Shown one piece after another: positions 7,286-13,917 of a DNA stretch of 13,917 bases. Location of the stretch: NCBI GenBank assembly GCA_965644295.1, contig CBFFRP010000560.1, forward strand, positions 1-13,917. Reading direction: 5' to 3'. Under the pieces are notes generated by a model. It had not been told where the DNA came from. It did not search any database and worked only from the letters and a program-made list of their open reading frames with translations. How positions within the stretch are numbered: position 1 is the first letter of the stretch; every line of letters begins with the position of its first letter. The position numbers were made by a program, and so were the translations under genes. Source of the DNA: Paraphysomonas bandaiensis. Its lineage: Eukaryota > Protista > Chrysophyceae.

Positions 7286-7726
7286 ATGTCAAAACTAGGC
7301 AAAAAGCTAAATCGTAAATTTCGCAAACTAGGTCGTAAGGCCGATCACAGAATACATAAACTAGGACAAAAAACACACGACGTATTAGACAAGGTCCAAC
7401 ATGGAGTAAATAAAGGACTTGATAAATCAGCAAAGGCAATTGACGTAGCAGATAAAATATTAGGCGTCGGCGATAAAACTATACACGCTATTAATAAAGC
7501 AGGATTAAATACAATGCCCGTTGTTGGATCAGCATCTAGACTATTGGAAGCAGGATTACACGAAGGACATAAAGGAGTACATAAGCTACATAAGCTACAC
7601 AATAAAGCCGACAAACACAGTAAAAAAGCATTTAAAAAGGCTCATAACGCAGGTAATAAATTAGAAAAACACAACACAAGAAAAGCTTTAGCTAAGTTAA
7701 CACAAGATGACAGCACATTTATATAA
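7286..7726 (+). CDS. Basic His/Lys-rich amphipathic helical protein, 146 aa (putative core or membrane-lytic virion protein)
   Basis: 11-residue repeats KLGKKLNRKFR / KLGRKADHRIH / KLGQKTHDVLD. Located between penton and MCP, and shares an upstream motif with the MCP gene. Confidence 0.75.
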   Translation: MSKLGKKLNRKFRKLGRKADHRIHKLGQKTHDVLDKVQHGVNKGLDKSAKAIDVADKILGVGDKTIHAINKAGLNTMPVVGSASRLLEAGLHEGHKGVHKLHKLHNKADKHSKKAFKKAHNAGNKLEKHNTRKALAKLTQDDSTFI

Positions 7727-7774
7727 ATTATATTTTATTATACTATAAAAAATATTTATCTATTTATAGTATAT

Positions 7775-9133
7775 ATGTCAGGATTACCAAAAAACGTATT
7801 ATATACAAATAATATAAATTCAAGTTATGCGCGTAATTATCAGAATAATATAGCTCCACAAAATGGTTTGGGGCCATATGGTGCAGGAGAGACCATAATT
7901 ATTAATGTTCCTACCGGTCGTAATCTCGTAATGTCGGGTGCTGATTCACTTTTAAAATTATCATTGATTGCTACCACAGAAACATCTAACCCCGCGACTA
8001 CGTCAGACTTTGTTAGACTAGATAAGGCCGGTATTCATTCACTAATATCAAGAGTTCGTGTGTTTCATGGCTCTACTTTACTTTCAGATATTCAAAATTA
8101 TAATAATCTAGTCGGTGAGCTCATGGTTTTACAACAGTCCAGCGACTCTTTTATCAATAAGCATTCAATTTTAACGGGTACTGAAACTTTAGCCCCCATT
8201 GATGCAACCGCAAATGTTACCGATCACTTGACAGTGGGACAAAGTTTAAACGATCTTGTACAACTAGCGAATGGAGCCAGTACAGCTAAAAAATATTATA
8301 CAATTCCAATAGTGAATTTTTTAAGCTACAGTGATAAATATATTCCACTGTTCGCAATGACCGGCGCGCCTCTACGTCTAGAAATAACTCTGGTTAATAA
8401 TCCACTAGAGGGCATATGCTGCGATAAAACCATATCTTCAATAGCAGTTAATGATGTTGAATATATTTGTAATTTTATGGAGTTATCAGATGATGCAATG
8501 GGTACAATTAATAAGGCTTCAAATGGAGGACCTATAAAATGGGTTGTACAAGATTACAGAAATTATTCACATACTGGAAATATTGCCGCTAACGTTGAAC
8601 TTAGTGTTCCCGTACCTGCTAAATTTAACTCTTTGAGATCTCTCTTTTTCAGTATGCGTACTAAGCACGCTGGAGAAGTCACCTATTTCCCTCTGTCATC
8701 AAATCATTTCGGTCTAGAGTCATACAGTGTCCGACTAGGTAGTAAGACTGTACCAACTAAAGCACCCAGTTGTATTCCTGAATTTTTCGGCGAATTGGTC
8801 AGAGCTATTGGAAGCGTAAGCGATTTGAATCATGAGCCCTCTATTAATTCAATAAGTTATAGTTTACAAGATCCAGTAGCAAATGCTGAGGTAGCCGGTG
8901 ATATGACTAACCTTTCAACATCATCCAACTTTTACTTGGGTTTAGATCTAGAAAGTTACAGCAGCTCAGGCATGGAAACAGTATATCAGGGTTATAATTC
9001 TAGCACTGACGATATATTTTTTATGCCTCGTTTTAGCTCATCCGCTAGTACTGTGACCGCACGCATAGATACATACGCTTATTTTGATCAAGTCATTTTG
9101 ATTGAAAACGGTTTCGCAACATTGCAATATTAA
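7775..9133 (+). CDS. Major capsid protein (double jelly roll), PLV type, 452 aa
   Basis: Size, beta-rich pattern and PLV MCP-like motifs (LPK..LY, AR.Y...IAPQNG, GETIIINVP, SLISRVRVFHGS.LLSDI.NYN.L, KYIPL......LRLEI.L, SLRSLF, F.LGLDLE, terminal YFDQVILI.NG). Gene context agrees. Confidence 0.88.
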   Translation: MSGLPKNVLYTNNINSSYARNYQNNIAPQNGLGPYGAGETIIINVPTGRNLVMSGADSLLKLSLIATTETSNPATTSDFVRLDKAGIHSLISRVRVFHGSTLLSDIQNYNNLVGELMVLQQSSDSFINKHSILTGTETLAPIDATANVTDHLTVGQSLNDLVQLANGASTAKKYYTIPIVNFLSYSDKYIPLFAMTGAPLRLEITLVNNPLEGICCDKTISSIAVNDVEYICNFMELSDDAMGTINKASNGGPIKWVVQDYRNYSHTGNIAANVELSVPVPAKFNSLRSLFFSMRTKHAGEVTYFPLSSNHFGLESYSVRLGSKTVPTKAPSCIPEFFGELVRAIGSVSDLNHEPSINSISYSLQDPVANAEVAGDMTNLSTSSNFYLGLDLESYSSSGMETVYQGYNSSTDDIFFMPRFSSSASTVTARIDTYAYFDQVILIENGFATLQY

Positions 9134-9215
9134 ATTTATAAAAACCTTTAGATTTTTAAAAAAATAAAAAATTAAAAAATTTATTATTTAAAAAATAATA
9201 TATATTTGTATATTA

Positions 9216-10014
9216 ATGAGTACAAAAGAGAGTTTTGAAAAGTTTGATTTAGAACACCTTGATAACCTGACTTATGAACAGTCAAAAACTTACGTAACAA
9301 ATTATTTTTTCCCACTTACAAGCGGTGCACATGCATATAGAACAGGGCATAAAAAATTTAGCATTATGGAACACAAAAAAGTTAAAGAAACGTATTTTAA
9401 CAGAATGGATAAACGGATAGCAAAATATTATTTCACTGAATTTAAAGGGCTTCGTGAAATAGTTTATGAATTAGGCAAAGGTATATTCCCTGATAAAAAG
9501 AAATTAAATTTAGCCGCTCAGTTTGCACATGACTATAAACCATATGAAGACTTTGATGATGAGAGTAAGGAAGGTGTACAGGCGTTTTTATCATATATTA
9601 AAGAAATATTGGCATCCAATGATCAGGCACAATATGAATATTTATTGAAGTGGTTTGCAAACATGACAAAGGGTAATAAAAACGAATCCATTATATTTTT
9701 AAAAGGCCCTCAGGGTATAGGTAAATCAACCATATCCCTATTTATGAATACTTACGTACTTGGCCGTGACCTGTGTTTAGAGGCTGGCGCGGACGTATTG
9801 ACATCTAAATTTAATTCAGATCTAGGAGGTAAATTATTTGTATATTTTGAAGAACTAGAAAAACAAAGCAGGGCTGATTGGGACGCAATCAATACTAAAT
9901 TAAAACGATATACGACGAGCGACGTCTATATAATAAATCAAAAGCATGAGTCAACATATCAGGCTGCAAATATTAATAATTATTTAATTAATGCAAATTA
10001 CAGTTTAAACGAGG
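9216..10014 (+). pseudogene. SF3/D5-like helicase, interrupted by LTR insertion at 10015
   Basis: Walker A GPQGIGKS (9705-9728), Walker B LFVYFEE, motif C NYLINAN (~9978-9998). The ORF tail after ...SLNE (10015-10133) is read-through into LTR sequence, and the helicase C-terminal part is missing. Confidence 0.85.
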
Positions 10015-10396
10015 TGTTGTCATCCCCGTATAGGAGGTTGGCTGTCATTGGAGTGAAAGCTTGGTTTGAGAGTATACTGCTGTATATTGCACTATACTGT
10101 GGATGTATAGTATACAGGATATATACAGTGTAGACAGCCAGCTACAGTAGGGTAACGGTATACCATTATACGGTGTATGATGACAATACGGTGTAGGATA
10201 TGTACAGTCCAATATGTACAGTGGATTAGTATAGAGTAAGGGCATATATATATGTCCAAAGTGTAAGCTGTAGGTGTAGTCTGTGATAGAAGACAGATTA
10301 GAATGCTAGTCATTATTATCACAGATAACCTCTGATAAAACAAGTTAATAACACTATCATTACTATCAACTTGTGGCTTGTTATTGCCTTACAACA
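10015..10396 (+). repeat. Putative 5' LTR, 382 bp, TGTTGT...ACAACA
   Basis: Canonical TG..CA ends with a 6-bp terminal inverted repeat, starting exactly where helicase similarity and AT-richness end. TATATATA near 10245. Short internal repeats (ATACGGTGTA at 10168 and 10186; ATATGTACAGT at 10198 and 10212). The partner LTR is not in the window. Confidence 0.68.
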
Positions 10397-12519
10397 TTAA
10401 CTTGTTCTCGAGAGTATGTTATCTGAAGCATGTCGCTCCAGCAGTGTGGTTACGATGACCGGAAGAGCAGAGAGAGTATGTATGTATATGGAGTATAGGA
10501 GTGTTGTTTTTGAGTTTGAGGAGACTGTGGAAGAGGAATTGAAAAAGGCTTATATCACGGGTATTTGGAGAACACAGATCACCAGCCGTTTGCTCCTGTG
10601 GTGGCCTCTTGGAGTGTTTATCGAATAAGGAGGCCCTTGTGTACAAAATAATGACTATTCGAGTGGTTCAACGGCGTAATAGGAGTGTAACTAGTGCAAG
10701 TAATTCTTTGTTGGGGATTGGATTGACTTTTATGGTTTCTTCTGGGTTGATTGGTTTATAATGTACCAAGGTGGCATCAATATTCCTCCTGTTCTGGCTT
10801 TTCCGGGAACATTAGCCTCGCCTTCATTGGGCGGTGAGAAGTCAATGACAGAGATTGGAATGCGTGGAAAGTGGTGATCTTCGATACAGGATCTTACGTA
10901 TTATGATTTTTGCGAATGTCCGGTTGTTGTCTGTGATCGTCAAACATAGAGTACGATCAAGAGGGCGATGTTATAATTAGTGAAAAATATGAGTTAGATC
11001 CAGTGGAGTATCGACAGAGTGTATGCAGCGGTTTGTTGGGGTAAATAAGGGTCAGAATCAATAGGAGGATGCATGCATGATGGCCCTTGTGGATTCAGGA
11101 GCAAACAGAAGTGCTATCCTCAAATTGTTGCTGCTGTGTTGAGGTAGAGAGTATATTTGAGTGTGGGATCGGCATGGAGATTTGGTTATACGACAGCCGT
11201 ATATATTATTACGTAAGGCATATACATCAGTTGGATTATGTTGATATCAGAGCCTTAGTTGAGTGTGAATATAATGTTCAGGAGGGTTCAGTAGATGACT
11301 CGAGATATGTATCAGGTGTTGGCAATTTAGAAAATGGTGCTTGTTGCCAGGAGTTACTGTTATAATCCGTCAGTGATAGAGGAGGTGTATTTACATCAGA
11401 TGTTTCGCATGTTTGCTACTAGCTAAGGGCAACCTAATCTGTTGCATCGAACAGTTGTTTCCGGGATTCATATTGTGATAGTTGGACATATGATTGGATT
11501 GGATTATATATATATAATATATGTGTGTGGACGTGTCAAGAAGATATAAATGGGCGTCGTTGGTAAGAGAACACGAGGAGTCGGAAGATCTATATATTGG
11601 CTGCAGTTGTGTCAACTCGTGCGTTTCTATAAATAGATGGTCATGAGGTTAAGGTACTTAGTCTCGTTGCGAGAATTGTTGTAGAGCCGGCAGCTCATGA
11701 AGCATAGTTTTAAAAGCTTGCGGTATGGTCGATGCCAACAGTGGATAAAGGAGTACCGGTTGTTCTTGCGCATCAGTTTCATAAAAGCTTTTAGTGGAGA
11801 ATATACTCCGTATTATTGGGTAGCGGCCGGTGGTGTCAGTGGTATTGCATCACAGTAGCAGTTAAAATTTTGTGTTTGTACCGCATGCAGAGTTTGAATT
11901 TGGGTATAGGCTCAACTTGTGGTACAAAAAAAAAATTATATATACCGGGTCGAAAGGAAGTGGAAAGTTCTATGTGCATGGAGATGTGCGGGTGGTGAAG
12001 TTAGGAGTTGAAAATTATGTTAAATGAATGAAAGATTCAGGAGATGGTTCCTACGATTGATGAGAAATGGACCAGAGAGTTATAAATCAGTTCAAGGACT
12101 TCTGTGGGAACTGTTGAGTTGTGTGCGGCATCATGGTACTCTAACCATAAATAGATATGTTTGGTCAAGAGTTCAGGAGGGTGTATAGGCAATGGAAACA
12201 GTACACATGATCAGGAGGGTGTGCTACAGGAGAGCAGCATATATGTTACAGGGGTCTGGTTTGGTTGTGTCGTGCATGTGGCTATAAGAGTTTATTTAGA
12301 GATCGACAACCTATTCAAAGGTATATACACCCGCCGAGTGACAGCAACACGAGGGAAACCCGAGAGTTAAAATTAAGGTTATTTTTATTCAAGGACCTAG
12401 TAGGTATACAAAGCAGCAGAGCGTTTATTTCGTTTGGTTGGTTTCTGGGATTTGTACTGTTATTATTCGACTGCGTGAAGTTACGATTTCTTTTGAAAGA
12501 AAGAGTTATTATGTTGCGA

Positions 12520-13790
12520 ATGAGGTGTCAGCGTATCAAAGTTTTTTTTATTGGGAGAGACTGAATGATCAGGGTGAAAGTTTTGTCAGTGTGATCAGTT
12601 ATAGTTCTTCGTCGTTCTTCACTGTTTCAATGAATGCAAAAGAAGAGTTAATTCGGAATAAGTTGAAAAGTGTCTCAAACATATAACAGGGTATATGTTA
12701 CATGGTGAAGTAGAGTACATATATTTTGTTCTGCAATTTGTATGGATTTAGTTGATGATCTTAATAGATTGTGTGAGAATCTTTGAGACAAAGTAATTCG
12801 GATGTTCAGTTGTTCGTTATGAGTTATGTTCAAATATTGTGCTACAATTATAAAGGAAAGGAGTGATTGGTATTTCGACAATGCCGGTTCAGTGTTCGAC
12901 AGCTTGTGAATTCAAGGACCATGCAACATTATTTAATTCGTGCAGTGGTACAGTGTGTGTGTTTTCTTTTTTCCTCGAATGACCCGTTGTTATTTATATT
13001 CCAATGGTTCTTAAAGTTACGCATTCGTGATGGTTGTGTGTGATGTTACGAAGAATATTTGTTCAACAGTATCATATTATCAGGAGTGTTATTGTAGCGA
13101 TGACATTATTTGATCATAAATTTATTGGAGATTTCCTGACAGCAAGTTTCAATTTCGATGATGGTTATCGGCAGCAGTTAAATGAATGACAAATAATTGC
13201 ATCTGCATTCTCCATGTGAGTTTATAATGTTGACATTGTTGGGAGGAGTGTGATACTACTGTATACTCTTTCGAGAGTGTTATTTTCAAACAAATCCATC
13301 ATTACTGCGAAGGATATAATGTCGAAAGAGTTCAATGCATTGGTCGATAGTTTATTTCAGTATGAGTTGGTGATATTATGAAGGAGAACTTGGTCCTTAG
13401 GCACGAACAAGGATCAGAGCTGGTTATATATGGCAGTTCAGAAGGTCGACTACATGGTGATCATTTGTGTGAGTTAAAGTCCAATACTGAGAGATATTTG
13501 GTTTCGAAAATTGCTTGCGGGCTAGGCCTACTTGTGTGCAGTTGGAACCTACTCTAATTTTTGCGAATAATGCGTCGATGATTACTCTGGCGGAGGATTT
13601 TAGTGGAAATCATAAGAGGGTCAAGCATTATATTACAAGAGTAAATTTTTTAATTGAGCAGGTGCGTGAAGGAGTGATAAGGTTTCAACACGTGCCATCA
13701 GAATCAAATGTTGCTGATATTCTGACTAAACCTTTGGGTCCTGTTGACTTTCATCGCCTTCGGCCGTTGTTGCTTGGAATGAAGGAGTAA
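12520..13790 (+). pseudogene. pol: Decayed copia pol (RT remnants, better-preserved RNase H C-terminus)
   Basis: Clear copia RNase H tail: EPTLIFANNAS...HKRVKHY..RVNFL.EQV..G.I...HVPSESNVADILTKPL. A frameshifted WFRKLL lies at 13499. Weaker remnants occur in the expected order: NAKEELIRNK (12633), YCSDDII (13090, cf. YVDD), FNALVDSL (13331, cf. Y..LVGSL). Confidence 0.85.
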
Positions 13791-13917
13791 ACAGGGAAGA
13801 GAAATTGAAATTTATGACATATGCATGATGTGTAGAGTATTTCGTGATATTATAACTAATTATGGTGTTTTTCAGATACTAAATCCACGAGTATTCTCGT
13901 TATCGTTCTGTCTATAG

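Larger units (their letters stand above)
2744..10014. mobile_element. Endogenous Polinton-like virus (partial; possibly two nested or adjacent elements)
   Basis: Dense, intron-free AT-rich gene cluster encoding MCP-like, penton-like, fibre-like and SF3 helicase proteins, with shared AT-rich TATA(A)ATG-type start contexts. Packaging ATPase, polymerase and integrase are not visible in this window. Confidence 0.88.
10015..13917 (+). mobile_element. Degenerate Ty1/copia LTR retrotransposon (runs off the window end)
   Basis: Putative LTR followed by ~3.4 kb of stop-riddled sequence ending in copia RT/RNase H remnants. Confidence 0.72.

Noticed and set aside
4249-7614. Antisense or overlapping small ORFs (4249-4449, 4482-4664, 5502-5702, 7108-7326, 7245-7439, 7345-7614)
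   Set aside because: Shadows of better-supported viral genes or low-complexity A/T runs.
10015-10133. C-terminal ~39 aa of the listed 305-aa helicase ORF
   Set aside because: Read-through into LTR sequence. Composition shifts and helicase motifs stop at the TG boundary.
10416-12881. Short ORFs of 60-99 aa in the copia interior
   Set aside because: No coherent products and many have non-ATG starts. Best explained as fragments of decayed gag-pol or chance ORFs.
13241-13256. GGGAGGAG-TGTG as PPT plus start of another LTR
   Set aside because: Lies between RT remnants that are in the expected order, and no matching LTR copy is visible.
13793-13804. AGGGAAGAGAAA as the copia PPT
   Set aside because: Not followed by a copy of the 10015 LTR start (TGTTGTCATCC). 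The true PPT and 3' LTR are probably beyond the window.

Overview
This is eukaryotic (probably protist) genomic DNA with nested mobile elements. The AT-rich core (2744-10014) is an endogenous Polinton-like virus (PLV). It encodes a double-jelly-roll-type major capsid protein, a penton/minor capsid protein, two further penton-like paralogs (one broken), a fibre-like protein, a His/Lys-rich amphipathic protein, small early-type ORFs and an SF3/D5-like helicase. The viral region is cut on both sides by LTR retroelements. On the left is a young, apparently non-coding minus-strand element with identical short LTRs, non-canonical AGTT...AACT ends and a tRNA-iMet PBS, inserted into a penton-like gene. 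On the right is a decayed Ty1/copia element inserted into the helicase. Its PBS position is complementary to its own LTR rather than to a tRNA 3' end, making it a self-priming candidate. Inside the PLV, a compound microsatellite (AC)4(AG)4(G)9 sits at the 5' end of the fibre ORF and may be either an element terminus or a slippage switch. A duplicated hairpin shows compensatory base changes. All protein assignments come from motif recognition by eye; no database searches were run.
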